Shown piece after piece: positions 7,802-16,885 of a stretch of DNA of 64,000 nt. How positions within the stretch are numbered: position 1 is the first letter of the stretch; each line of letters opens with the position of its first letter. Where the stretch lies: IMG/VR virus record IMGVR_UViG_3300050821_013558. One strand, given 5' to 3'. The translations under genes and the position numbers were made by a program. This DNA is from an uncultured virus (IMG/VR IMGVR_UViG_3300050821_013558) (taxonomy: Duplodnaviria > Heunggongvirae > Uroviricota > Caudoviricetes). Below the pieces are notes generated by a model. That model worked only from the letters and a program-made list of their open reading frames with translations. It did no database searches and was not told the origin of the DNA.

Positions 7802-9960
7802 GGCGTTGACCCCCCGATGTAGGCATCGAATTCCTGCCGTAAGTCCTCAAGCGGCGCTTTGAAATACGCGTAGCTCGTGTCTCCGTCCGCCAGACGAGTG
7901 CCGAGTTTTTTCTTTTCGAAACCGGGAGCCATCTGACGGAGAATCTTTCCGAAGTTCACGTCGTTAGGCAGGCGCCCCTTGATATTGCGGTTCCCAACCC
8001 AACGCCTGAGCGCGTCTCTTAAACGGTTGCTGGGGATCGTATCCGGCCACTCCCCTCCCCAGTCTCCTCCCGCGATCGTGCCGGCTGACAGCGTATCGTA
8101 CCACCATTGCTGGACAGGCTCGAGGGACGATATTTTCTGCGACACAAGGCCCGCCGTATTCGGAGCCTGATTGACGTCCTGCGTGATCTTGTAATCCATC
8201 AGGTAGCGAAGTAGATGCGCCGCGCCTCCCTGTTCGTCGAGGCCCACGCGCATCTCCGTGAAATACTGCCTGTCCTGCCTGCGGCCTTCTCCGACTTCGA
8301 ACACTGCCCAGCGGCGCTCGTCTTCTGATGCTGGAACCAGCCACTCCTCGTTACCGATCACGACCACCCTGGTGAGATTCCGCACGGTGTAGGATTCCTT
8401 GCCTTTAGGCTCGATTACGTGCTTCGCGCCTGTAACCAGGTCCTTGACGACACCCTCGCACTCCTTATCTCCGGACCAGAAGGCTTCATCCAGAATGAAC
8501 AGCAGGGAATACTGCAAATGTGCTGTGAAATTGCTCACAAGGTACCGGCGTCGGGCCGTGGTCATGGCGTGGCCGCCGAGCAGTTTGCTGATGCGCTCGA
8601 CCAGCGCATTCTTGCCCACGCCTTTCCCGCCGCGGAAGACGATCGCCACCAAGGGCTTTTCGTAAGGCTTTTGGATCAAATGAGCGAACCAGCATGTCAG
8701 CCAGTCGGCCAGGTTCCTGTCCTTGTTGCAGATGTTCTCGAACAGATGTTCTTTCCAGCGTTCGACCATCGGATGATCGGGAGAGTCGGCGGGCTGGGTA
8801 GAGAATCCATGCCACATGTTGTACCACTTTTTGTCCACGGTGAGCCCCGGTTCGAACACCACCCCGTCGTAGCTTCTGCGTCCCGACCACTCCATCCACA
8901 GTTGTGCCACGGCTTTGCTCTTGTCCCCGATCTGCAATTTTTTCGCAGCGTTCATATCGAAAAAAGATTGCTTGTTCATCATGTGAAAGACATACGCTCC
9001 ATCGGGGCTCATAGTCTCCCACAAAATGTTTCCGGTTCCCCCGGAGAAGACGAAAGCAAAACGGTCGTTTAATTTCCCGAGTGGATGGGCCGTTGGTGGC
9101 TCAGGTTCTGGCTCAGGAATTGGTGGAAAAACAGCCTCGGGTGCTGCGATGCCTTGCGGGTCGCGTCCGTACCTGAATGCGTTGCGAACTTTCGTTTCGA
9201 GTTCTTCCTGACTCCATGGAGGCAGGCAGCGCTCGTTCCATGGGATGAGCAGAGCGAGCGCCTGATCGGCATCGCAGCCGAGGTCCTTCAGGTGGAGAGC
9301 GACTTTGTACGTCTCGGCGTCGCCACCCTGGCCTTCGATGGCTAAAGGGGCCGAGTTGAGAAGCCATTGTTGCGCGCGCTGGAATGCACGGTCGGGTTCG
9401 ATATTCGAGAGAGACGAGGATTCGGCTTTAGAGCGCTCTCGGGCTGCACCTAGTTTTTGCACTAACCAGTCGGGAGCTGGCGCGACGAAAGACTTGTTGA
9501 TAATTGGATAACCTTTACCATCAAGCTCACTTCCCGGACCCAACACATACCCGCCCAAACTTCGGATGTCAAGACCGTTTCCGAGCAAATCAACACCCTG
9601 ACGTAACGCTTTGGGGACTCTATAGTAGAGATGCTCCCCACCGAAAGGTGTGGCCACTGTGAACGTTGGCGGTAGCTCAAAGCCTTCAAGTTCTAACTGC
9701 ATCAAACTCAGGTCGCCGCGTTTTCCTTTTTTTACGTCCTTGTCGACTATAATCAAGGCTTCGTCTGTACCGAAATGTGTTGTGCTTATGCCTATATTTT
9801 TCGGCTGACCATTCCACCAAATTTTGACCTGTTCCTTATCCATGGTCGCTTTGTGTGGAAAGTCCTTGATCGCGGGAAGCTTTGAATTAACCGCGCAAGG
9901 AAATACATGGAACCCGCTATGTGCGAGACGAACCGCGAATTCCGATTGAGAGGTGGTCAT
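7789..9960 (-). CDS. Bifunctional primase-polymerase fused to SF3-like (DUF5906-type) helicase
   Basis: VFPC..NSKLP, NIGI, IVDKDVK, TPFGGEHLYY, DIRSLGGYV; Walker A GGKGVGKN, Walker B ILDEA. Confidence 0.9.
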   Translation of the reverse strand: MTTSQSEFAVRLAHSGFHVFPCAVNSKLPAIKDFPHKATMDKEQVKIWWNGQPKNIGISTTHFGTDEALIIVDKDVKKGKRGDLSLMQLELEGFELPPTFTVATPFGGEHLYYRVPKALRQGVDLLGNGLDIRSLGGYVLGPGSELDGKGYPIINKSFVAPAPDWLVQKLGAARERSKAESSSLSNIEPDRAFQRAQQWLLNSAPLAIEGQGGDAETYKVALHLKDLGCDADQALALLIPWNERCLPPWSQEELETKVRNAFRYGRDPQGIAAPEAVFPPIPEPEPEPPTAHPLGKLNDRFAFVFSGGTGNILWETMSPDGAYVFHMMNKQSFFDMNAAKKLQIGDKSKAVAQLWMEWSGRRSYDGVVFEPGLTVDKKWYNMWHGFSTQPADSPDHPMVERWKEHLFENICNKDRNLADWLTCWFAHLIQKPYEKPLVAIVFRGGKGVGKNALVERISKLLGGHAMTTARRRYLVSNFTAHLQYSLLFILDEAFWSGDKECEGVVKDLVTGAKHVIEPKGKESYTVRNLTRVVVIGNEEWLVPASEDERRWAVFEVGEGRRQDRQYFTEMRVGLDEQGGAAHLLRYLMDYKITQDVNQAPNTAGLVSQKISSLEPVQQWWYDTLSAGTIAGGDWGGEWPDTIPSNRLRDALRRWVGNRNIKGRLPNDVNFGKILRQMAPGFEKKKLGTRLADGDTSYAYFKAPLEDLRQEFDAYIGGSTPWPE

Positions 9961-10184
9961 TACTTACCTTGTTCTAACTTGCTGATTTTGCGACTCAGAT
10001 ACCATTGGGCTTTCTTCAAGTCTTCCAATTGGTTTCCTTTGTGATCGGAACGAGCCACATACTTAACCACGTTCTCCAAATGAAATCCGAGGCCCCACGC
10101 TTCAATCGCATCGATAACTTCGATCGATCCGAACGTGTAGTGCTGAGGGTGATTTATGTTGTCGACTGTTTGGCTCTTTTTCAC
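9960..10184 (-). CDS. DUF3310-like (SaV-like) protein
   Basis: DNINHPQHY..GSIEVID, NVVKYVARSDHKG, EDLKKAQWYL. Confidence 0.85.
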   Translation of the reverse strand: MKKSQTVDNINHPQHYTFGSIEVIDAIEAWGLGFHLENVVKYVARSDHKGNQLEDLKKAQWYLSRKISKLEQGK

Positions 10185-10338
10185 GCGAACGGCCCTTTCT
10201 TCGGGTCCGGCTTTATCTTCTCCCCACACTTGCTGCACCGGGCTTCGCGTTCTTCGAAATCGAACAGAATGCGCTCGCCCTCGTCGATGTTACGGGTGCA
10301 GGAGACGCATTCGGATTTGTATTTGGCAGTTATCCAGT

Positions 10339-10611
10339 TCACAAAGACCTCTCTTTTCTCCAACCACCGCGGGGTCCGCGGACTTGGATCTGCTGAGAGT
10401 GTGGCCGCTCAACGTACCCCCTCCCCGTTGGAGTGTAAGAACAAACTGAATCCTCGGCACGAGAGGCATCTTCGAAGGTGACAAAATACTGCCAGTGTTT
10501 AGTCCCGCCGCGATACCGGAATTCGACACGAAAAGGCGTATCTTTACCTCGTACTGATTCAGCCTGTTCACGCCTCTTTAGGAGTTCATGCTCGATTTTA
10601 TGAAAGCTCAT
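10339..10611 (-). CDS. Hypothetical protein
   Basis: Fills leftward operon between coupled small genes. Confidence 0.5.
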   Translation of the reverse strand: MSFHKIEHELLKRREQAESVRGKDTPFRVEFRYRGGTKHWQYFVTFEDASRAEDSVCSYTPTGRGYVERPHSQQIQVRGPRGGWRKERSL

Positions 10612-10615
10612 TCGG

Positions 10616-10906
10616 TCACCATTTCCACTTAGGATTCCAATTAACTTCGTTTTGGAAGTCGCTGATTTCTTTTCTGATCTTTACCGGAATCTCAGTGCCT
10701 TTTTTCCTCAGTCTAGCCACTATTTCCATATCGCCTTCAACGTCACCAAATCCAGTAAAACGAGCATTGAAGACGCGCTCGTGGCAAGTAGAGCAAAATG
10801 TGCCGCGGCCATGGGTGAAACTGCCTGTGTGATTTTCGGCGCGTTCTAGGAACCCACAGAGATGATTGGTTACTGTTCTTGATAGAAGTTTGAATTCCTC
10901 AACCAT
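10616..10906 (-). CDS. Hypothetical protein
   Basis: AAGGAG SD before MVEEFK. Confidence 0.5.
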   Translation of the reverse strand: MVEEFKLLSRTVTNHLCGFLERAENHTGSFTHGRGTFCSTCHERVFNARFTGFGDVEGDMEIVARLRKKGTEIPVKIRKEISDFQNEVNWNPKWKW

Positions 10907-11087
10907 TCTGGTGCTCCTTATTGAATCGCGCGTCAGCATGTTTCTCAAGTAACGCAAGAACTTGCTTCATTGAAATCATTTTGTCTTCGAAAGCGATCAA
11001 TCCGTAAGAAGGAAGTGTTTTCACATCGGACCACAGTTTGTAGTCTCGCTCGTCCCAACCATTTGTGCGATTCTTAATTTCCAGCAT
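10899..11087 (-). CDS. Hypothetical protein
   Basis: AAGGAG SD directly after polymerase stop. Confidence 0.55.
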   Translation of the reverse strand: MLEIKNRTNGWDERDYKLWSDVKTLPSYGLIAFEDKMISMKQVLALLEKHADARFNKEHQNG

Positions 11088-11102
11088 GTTGATTCACTCC
11101 TT

Positions 11103-13163
11103 TTACTTGCGATATCTCCTTGCGTGAAATCCTTCCGCAGCCAGCGGCAGTCCTTTCGCCCACAGCGGCGTCGTTGACATAATTTTTTCCATCTTCCCCA
11201 AAGCCCATTCAGCGCGTTCCTGCCGAACTTCTGCGACCACTTCGTCATGCACATGTAGGACTATCTCTATTCCTTGAGATTCAATTGCCCACATCGCATC
11301 GGCCAACAGGTCACGTGCGATCGCCTGCGTCATGTTCTCGGCCAGCGATCCGCCGTAGGTTGAGACCCGTTGCCAACGGCCCTTGCTGTTAGGGTCCGGA
11401 AGTGTCTTTGCTTTCTTTTTCTGAGTCTGATCCACGACCGTCATGAAGGTCAATTGTTCTTTTTCCTCTCCCCACGGGGTCATGACCATTTGCAGTTCGG
11501 GGTAGGGATAACACAGAGCACGGCCACTGGGCAGCAGAGCCCACAGGAAAGAGCCGACCTTGCGGAACTTGACCTGACGGCCGCCGGCACCGGCATAATG
11601 AACGCCGCCGGTCTTCATGGCGCAGGTTACCGCTTCTTCCAGTTCATACCAGTACTGAACGATGCGTTGGTTAGCCGCACGCCATGCTTTTACAATCTCT
11701 AAAGCCTCTTCGTCGGGAACCGTCACGTTGTAGTTTTTGGCCATGGACTGAAAGGCTCCGATGGAACCTCCAAATCCGCAGGCCAAAATTATTACCTTGC
11801 CCCGCTGACGCTGGTCCTTCGTCACCTCGTCCAAAGGCACATGGTAGATACCCGCCGCAGCGTGCTCGTAGATGAGCCCGTGTGTCCTGAATACCTCCAG
11901 CACACTCTCCTGGCCAGCAAGCCATGCTAGGGCTCGCGCTTCAACAGCAGAGAAGTCACATGCGACTAATTCATTTCCTTCGCCTGCAATTAGCATCCCG
12001 CGAAGACAGTCCGAAATTGCAGCCATCGCGGGTCCGTAAAACAGATCAAGTCTTTCCTTGTCGCCCAGCATCGAGAACATGGCCTCGATGTCTTCGAAAG
12101 TGATTCCCGGTCTTCCCCGGAAAAAGTTCTGAGGTTGTACTCCTCTTCCACCCCACCGGCCCGTCGACGCGGCGTGGTACTGATGCATGTTCCTTAACCG
12201 GCCATCAACAGACGCTTTCTCGCGCATGGTGACCAGTTTCGCCGTACTGCTCTTGGCGGCCTCCTGACGCAGCTCCAGAGCACGGCGAACAGCGGGAGGC
12301 ATCGGGGTCACCCAAGGAGGAAGATCATCACCCTCTTCGTAAGGGCCGTCTTCATCCCCTGCGTTCGCCAATGCGTCGATCACATCCGCCTTGGCCAGGC
12401 CGTCCATCTGAACGCCCTGCGCAGCGATCCACTTGCCGAGCACCTGCACTTCGTTGCAGGATCCGACCACGCCGCCTGTGACTTTGAGCATCTCAGCATT
12501 GAGCCGCTTCTGTTCGGACTGGATAATTGCGATCGCCTTATCGGCGCTAGCGAGGTCGCACATCACACCACGATTATTGATCTTGTAATCGAGTTCCCAC
12601 AGAGCGCATTCGGACGGGGACAATTCCATCAACCGCTCGAGGCAGGAAAGCTCCGTCCTCACATCCTGCGCGTTGTATTCGTAGAGTCTGAGAAACTTAT
12701 CGAGGCTCTCGACGTCACGGCGCCACATCGTCCCGTCTTTCTTAGGCTTGCTCAGTTGCAGCATGATCCTGTGGCCCTCAGCGTCTTTTCTTTGGTCCAC
12801 ACCGAGCGCCGGCGCGGCGTCCTCCAGAGCGCCCGGCAGGGCCATCGCGTAGGCCCGCACCATGGAGCAGCGGACTTGAGCGATCGGGAGAGGCTTCCAA
12901 CCGTATTTGGGAACGCAGCAGAAGTTCCAGATTGCGAGTTCAAATGCTGCATTCCAAGCGGTGATGATTCCGCCCTGGTCGATATGGGCTTTCAGATCCT
13001 TGGGGAAGGGCTCGCCCTCGACCCAAGTCTTGATGTGCTCAGGATCGGGGCCGTAGGACATGCAGTGAACGCCCGTGGACTCGTCGGTCGCGTAGTTGTG
13101 CAAGCCTGATTTTTTCAGGTCTATTTGAGAAAAAGTTTCGAAATCCAAGCCCCAGGAGGTCAT
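11103..13163 (-). CDS. Family A DNA polymerase with 3'-5' exonuclease (APSE-like phage type)
   Basis: Exo LDFET, AWNAAFE, YNAQD; motif A CDFSAVEAR, motif B RQRGKVIILACGFGG, motif C LHVHDE. Confidence 0.95.
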   Translation of the reverse strand: MTSWGLDFETFSQIDLKKSGLHNYATDESTGVHCMSYGPDPEHIKTWVEGEPFPKDLKAHIDQGGIITAWNAAFELAIWNFCCVPKYGWKPLPIAQVRCSMVRAYAMALPGALEDAAPALGVDQRKDAEGHRIMLQLSKPKKDGTMWRRDVESLDKFLRLYEYNAQDVRTELSCLERLMELSPSECALWELDYKINNRGVMCDLASADKAIAIIQSEQKRLNAEMLKVTGGVVGSCNEVQVLGKWIAAQGVQMDGLAKADVIDALANAGDEDGPYEEGDDLPPWVTPMPPAVRRALELRQEAAKSSTAKLVTMREKASVDGRLRNMHQYHAASTGRWGGRGVQPQNFFRGRPGITFEDIEAMFSMLGDKERLDLFYGPAMAAISDCLRGMLIAGEGNELVACDFSAVEARALAWLAGQESVLEVFRTHGLIYEHAAAGIYHVPLDEVTKDQRQRGKVIILACGFGGSIGAFQSMAKNYNVTVPDEEALEIVKAWRAANQRIVQYWYELEEAVTCAMKTGGVHYAGAGGRQVKFRKVGSFLWALLPSGRALCYPYPELQMVMTPWGEEKEQLTFMTVVDQTQKKKAKTLPDPNSKGRWQRVSTYGGSLAENMTQAIARDLLADAMWAIESQGIEIVLHVHDEVVAEVRQERAEWALGKMEKIMSTTPLWAKGLPLAAEGFHARRYRK

Positions 13164-13179
13164 GATCGTCTTTCAAGTG

Positions 13180-13557
13180 CTACTTTGTTTCGCGTCCGGT
13201 TTTCTTGCGTAAATCGTCTCTCGCAGCACTTGGACTGTCACCCCATCCGGACTCAGATTCTTGTAAATTAGCAAAATCCGGAAACACAGCACACCACATA
13301 TCGCCATCCTTAAAAACTCGCGAATGTGGGCCTCCATGCCCGATGCAAGCCAGCGCTGGAACATAGCCGTCGTACCGGCAGTCATCTCGCTGCATTCTGT
13401 TGGTACAATAATTCATGTGACGCGGAGACGGCGGAGGTTCACCGTAAGCTTCCTTGTCGCAAAAACCACATGGAGCACCTCCCATCCACATGGGCACAGA
13501 GCAAGCCCCTATACCGTTTTCGTTCAGCGTCCTGTGCTGCTCGCTAATAGCACTCAT
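13180..13557 (-). CDS. Cys-rich hypothetical protein
   Basis: GGAAGG SD before MSAISE, just after terminator. Confidence 0.5.
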   Translation of the reverse strand: MSAISEQHRTLNENGIGACSVPMWMGGAPCGFCDKEAYGEPPPSPRHMNYCTNRMQRDDCRYDGYVPALACIGHGGPHSRVFKDGDMWCAVFPDFANLQESESGWGDSPSAARDDLRKKTGRETK

Positions 13558-13586
13558 CGATTTACCCTTCCTGCATAAAGCAACAC

Positions 13587-13617
13587 AAAAAAGTGGGGAG
13601 GCTCTGCACCTCCCCGT
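13587..13617 (-). terminator. Intrinsic terminator after SSB gene
   Basis: Minus strand ACGGGGAGG-TGCAGAG-CCTCCCCAC then T6. Confidence 0.8.
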
Positions 13618-13630
13618 ACCCAACCACAAA

Positions 13631-14203
13631 TTATCCGAAGATCGACGTTGCGGTCTTCCCGTTCGCTGCCCCAGCGGGGACGTCGACGGGCTCGAAGGCC
13701 TTGGAGGCGGGAATGCGGCCGTTGCCGAGGGGATCGTCGTCACGGAGTTTCTGCACGTTCTGCAGGCCGAAGCTGACGCCCTTGTTGCCGGCAGTATCGT
13801 AGGCGAAGGCACGCACCTGGCAGCGGTACCATGCGCCGGAGTACACGTCTGCATCGTCGATGATGTCCTGCAGCTTGCTGTCGACGATGCCGGGACGACG
13901 GTCCTCGTTCGCGGAGAAGGACATGATCACCCAGTCGTCTCCGATGCCGACGATGGGGGCTTCAAGTTCTTCGTTGACGCGAAACGGCGAGCGCAGGGTC
14001 TTGGGAATTTTGTCTCCCCATTTTTCGGTCGCGGCGGCGTGCGCTTCCTTCTTGAGCGCGCTCAGATCCGCCTTGGGCGGGAACGCGGCACGAATCGAGA
14101 ACTTCGGTTTGCTGGTGGAACCATCCGCGTTTTTCATTGCGGTGGCACGGAAGACGCTGATGAAAGCGGCGCGGAACTCAGGCGTGATTAAGTTGTCTGG
14201 CAT
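13631..14203 (-). CDS. Phage ssDNA-binding protein (DUF2815/gp2.5-like)
   Basis: DVYSGAWYRCQVRAFAY..AGNKGVSFGLQNVQKLRDDDPLG. Confidence 0.9.
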   Translation of the reverse strand: MPDNLITPEFRAAFISVFRATAMKNADGSTSKPKFSIRAAFPPKADLSALKKEAHAAATEKWGDKIPKTLRSPFRVNEELEAPIVGIGDDWVIMSFSANEDRRPGIVDSKLQDIIDDADVYSGAWYRCQVRAFAYDTAGNKGVSFGLQNVQKLRDDDPLGNGRIPASKAFEPVDVPAGAANGKTATSIFG

Positions 14204-14276
14204 TTGTTGCTCCTTTGTGATTGTTGAGTATCGGTTGTGGTTGTCGGTTGGCTTAGGAGCGCGGTGCTCTGTGGCC

Positions 14277-14597
14277 TTACGAATCTGTCAAACGTAGAGA
14301 GACGACTTCGATCTCCACGGCCTTGCGTTCAGGAACGTCTTTGATTTCAGTCCAATGTTCCTCGCCCGTATCCATAGAGTCCCAAGAAGTTGGATACGAA
14401 ACTTTGTTGACGTGTACCCCGCGACGCCATTGGATGAGAGCATTTTGCGCTGACTTCTGCGATGGAAAAAGTCGCACCGGTTTATCCTGAGTTGGCTCTT
14501 CCGGTTCATCCATCGAATAGCCGCGCCGCTGATTGGGACGGCGAAGAAAGAACTTTTCAGTTCCCTTCACGCGGAGCCCGAAGTACACCATGTTCAT
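14277..14597 (-). CDS. Hypothetical protein
   Basis: ATG overlaps stop of the Cas4-like gene. Confidence 0.5.
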   Translation of the reverse strand: MNMVYFGLRVKGTEKFFLRRPNQRRGYSMDEPEEPTQDKPVRLFPSQKSAQNALIQWRRGVHVNKVSYPTSWDSMDTGEEHWTEIKDVPERKAVEIEVVSLRLTDS

Positions 14598-15817
14598 TCG
14601 AGTATCCCCGCTAAAGTCACTTCACCAAACGCCGCCTTCGCATCGATCCTTACCGGATCGCGTTTGTCCGAAACATGCACCAGGGTGTGACCGCTCGATT
14701 TGCGCTCGACAAACGGTTCGAGCATCGCGGCGCGTTCCTTCGCGTTCTTGCCGGGAGCAAGTTTCTCGGCGTCTCCGACGTTGATAAGTTCCTTCGGCTT
14801 CCAGACATCTTTCTCGTCGCAGCCGAGGTGCTTGGCCAGGGCGTAGCCCGCGTCAGGCAAGTTCTCTTTCCACTTACGGATGGCCTGTTTGTCCACCAGT
14901 TTGTAGTCGGGGATCTCGATGCCCTTCTCAGCTTCGCCGTATGCGAACTCACGAGTATTCTTGATCCATGCTTCAAGGATCGGCATGAAGTCGAGAGCGC
15001 GCGCCAGTTCGAGAGGGTTGTAGGCGGGTTTGGCCAAAGCCTTGTCAGGAGGCAGGACTGTGGGCTCGGCAAACACCTGCTTGGCCAAAGCCTGCGCCCG
15101 ATTTTTGATCGCGGGGCACTTGGGGGATGCGGCACACCAGCGGCAGCCTTTTTCGGAAGGCTTGAGATACATGGGCTCCGTTTGCAATCCCCATGGGTGG
15201 GCCGCCTTCGCTTCATTAACGCGGCCCACTGCATCCAGCACATCCGCGTGCAGGTCAAGAAGATCCGCAACGTCGAAGTCCACGCTGCGAATGAACCCAT
15301 CGGGGTGGTCGTACCGCGGCTGCACGATACCGATGTTGATCGTGCGCGCCGGCAGCTTCATCGTAAGCAGCGTCGCCAGGGCGTAGATGCGGAGTTGGAT
15401 GTTGCGCTCCACGTTGACGACCACGCCGGCGCCGTACTTCAGATCGCGCACATAGAGAGTGTGTGAATCCGGGTGCCAGGTGATGAAGTCCGCAGTACCG
15501 TAGACATCCTCGTTGACCGCTACCTGCTTTTCCACATAGACCTTTGGACCTTTGACCCGGATGCATTCGTCGACGTAGACCTTGACGTTTTTGTGGATCT
15601 CGACTTCCTCGCCGGGGGCCGGAGATGGAGTCGCGCCGTGCTGCGCAAAGTGAAGCAGCAGCCACTTCTGCGCGTAGGCGTGGGCTCGCGTGCCTTCGTC
15701 GGCGTATTCGGATTCGGACTCGGGCATGCCTTCAGAGAGCACAACCGAACCGGGGCAGGTCATCCAGCGGTCTGCCCCCGACGGAGGTAGTTTGGAATGG
15801 AGAGATGGGCTACCCAT
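14594..15817 (-). CDS. DUF2800-like Cas4/PD-(D/E)XK exonuclease
   Basis: HSKLPPSGADRWMTCPGS, ADEGTRAH, GTAD, DLKYG, QLRIYALA, CRWCAASPKC. Confidence 0.9.
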   Translation of the reverse strand: MGSPSLHSKLPPSGADRWMTCPGSVVLSEGMPESESEYADEGTRAHAYAQKWLLLHFAQHGATPSPAPGEEVEIHKNVKVYVDECIRVKGPKVYVEKQVAVNEDVYGTADFITWHPDSHTLYVRDLKYGAGVVVNVERNIQLRIYALATLLTMKLPARTINIGIVQPRYDHPDGFIRSVDFDVADLLDLHADVLDAVGRVNEAKAAHPWGLQTEPMYLKPSEKGCRWCAASPKCPAIKNRAQALAKQVFAEPTVLPPDKALAKPAYNPLELARALDFMPILEAWIKNTREFAYGEAEKGIEIPDYKLVDKQAIRKWKENLPDAGYALAKHLGCDEKDVWKPKELINVGDAEKLAPGKNAKERAAMLEPFVERKSSGHTLVHVSDKRDPVRIDAKAAFGEVTLAGILE

Positions 15818-16082
15818 TGGAGACCGCCTTTTCTCGTTCAACACAAACGTGTTTCGTTCCGAACTGCGGACAGCCTTCATCCTGACAAAGAACAGGTACT
15901 TCCTTGACAGCGAATAAAGCCACTTCTTTAGAAACAGCGTTTCGAAAACCGGCTTTACGCCCAAGCTCGGCAAGAACCGAGTGCACTAAGTTTTCCAACG
16001 ATTCCTGCCCAAGATAGTGCAATTGGTAAACGATATCCGTTGCCCTTTCGATTTCGTTTTCGCTACGGATTAGTTCAGCCAT
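15810..16082 (-). CDS. Hypothetical protein
   Basis: Flanked by near-identical 18-bp junction repeats. Confidence 0.5.
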   Translation of the reverse strand: MAELIRSENEIERATDIVYQLHYLGQESLENLVHSVLAELGRKAGFRNAVSKEVALFAVKEVPVLCQDEGCPQFGTKHVCVEREKAVSNG

Positions 16083-16279
16083 TGGAGACTGCCTTTGCCG
16101 CGTCTGGTTGTGTGGCAATTATCAAGTCGTGCAGCCGCTGCTCAGCTTGCTTGCGACAATGGCGCTCGTGTTGCAACGCCGCAATCAGCGCGTTGCCTGC
16201 CGACGCGCAGACCGCACAATCCCCGTCGCCGTCGTCATCCACACCGACGCCGCAACGTGGACAGTCAAATTCCATGTAC

Positions 16280-16804
16280 CTAGCCATTGAGTGTAGCTGC
16301 AAGCTGGCTGAGCTTGTCGGACTCCAGAGCGAGAGCCTCGGTGACCCGGTTGCATCCGAAAGCACGCAGCTTCTCGATCGCGTCTTCCATGCTGTGCCGC
16401 GCGATGTAGCCGTTCAGGAGGGCGCGTAGCTGATCCGCGTCGATCTTGGTTGCGCCGTTAGGAGCGACAGCATTTTGCTGAGCTTCAGCAGCAGCCTTCC
16501 GCGCGGCTTCGGCGGCTATGAGTTGATCTCCGACCGTGGGGGTTCTGTCGGTCTTGGCTGCTTCATCTGCGGCAATCTGCTCTTTGGTGCGGCGGGTGCG
16601 TTTGGTAGTAGATTCGGTTGTGAGCTCGACAAGGACAGGACCACTGGAGGTCTGTTCGACGCTTGCCTTGAGTTGTTCGTGGAACGTGGTGGGGGCTGGC
16701 GCGAGACTGGGCTGGGAAGGCTGACCGTAGAGAGTGGACAGGAATACAAGGAGGGCTTGTGCCTCACTTGGGTTCATAGAAGCAGTGTCAAATTGGATGT
16801 TCAT
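16280..16804 (-). CDS. Hypothetical replication-module protein, Ala/Pro/Thr-rich with helical C-terminus
   Basis: First gene after promoter; typical position ahead of DUF2800. Confidence 0.65.
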   Translation of the reverse strand: MNIQFDTASMNPSEAQALLVFLSTLYGQPSQPSLAPAPTTFHEQLKASVEQTSSGPVLVELTTESTTKRTRRTKEQIAADEAAKTDRTPTVGDQLIAAEAARKAAAEAQQNAVAPNGATKIDADQLRALLNGYIARHSMEDAIEKLRAFGCNRVTEALALESDKLSQLAATLNG

Positions 16805-16830
16805 TTTTGGCCTTTCGGAATTGTGGAATA

Positions 16831-16859
16831 ACTGTACGTCACTATCTGGAGTTTGTCGA
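16831..16859 (-). promoter_or_regulatory. Sigma70-like promoter for the replication operon
   Basis: TCGACA-17 bp-TACAGT. Confidence 0.55.
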
Positions 16860-16885
16860 GAGGAAAAATTCAGAAAAATTTCAAG

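Noticed and set aside
14594..15817. Cas4-like gene as part of a CRISPR system
   Set aside because: No repeat-spacer array or other cas genes; DUF2800-SSB-PolA is a standard phage replication module
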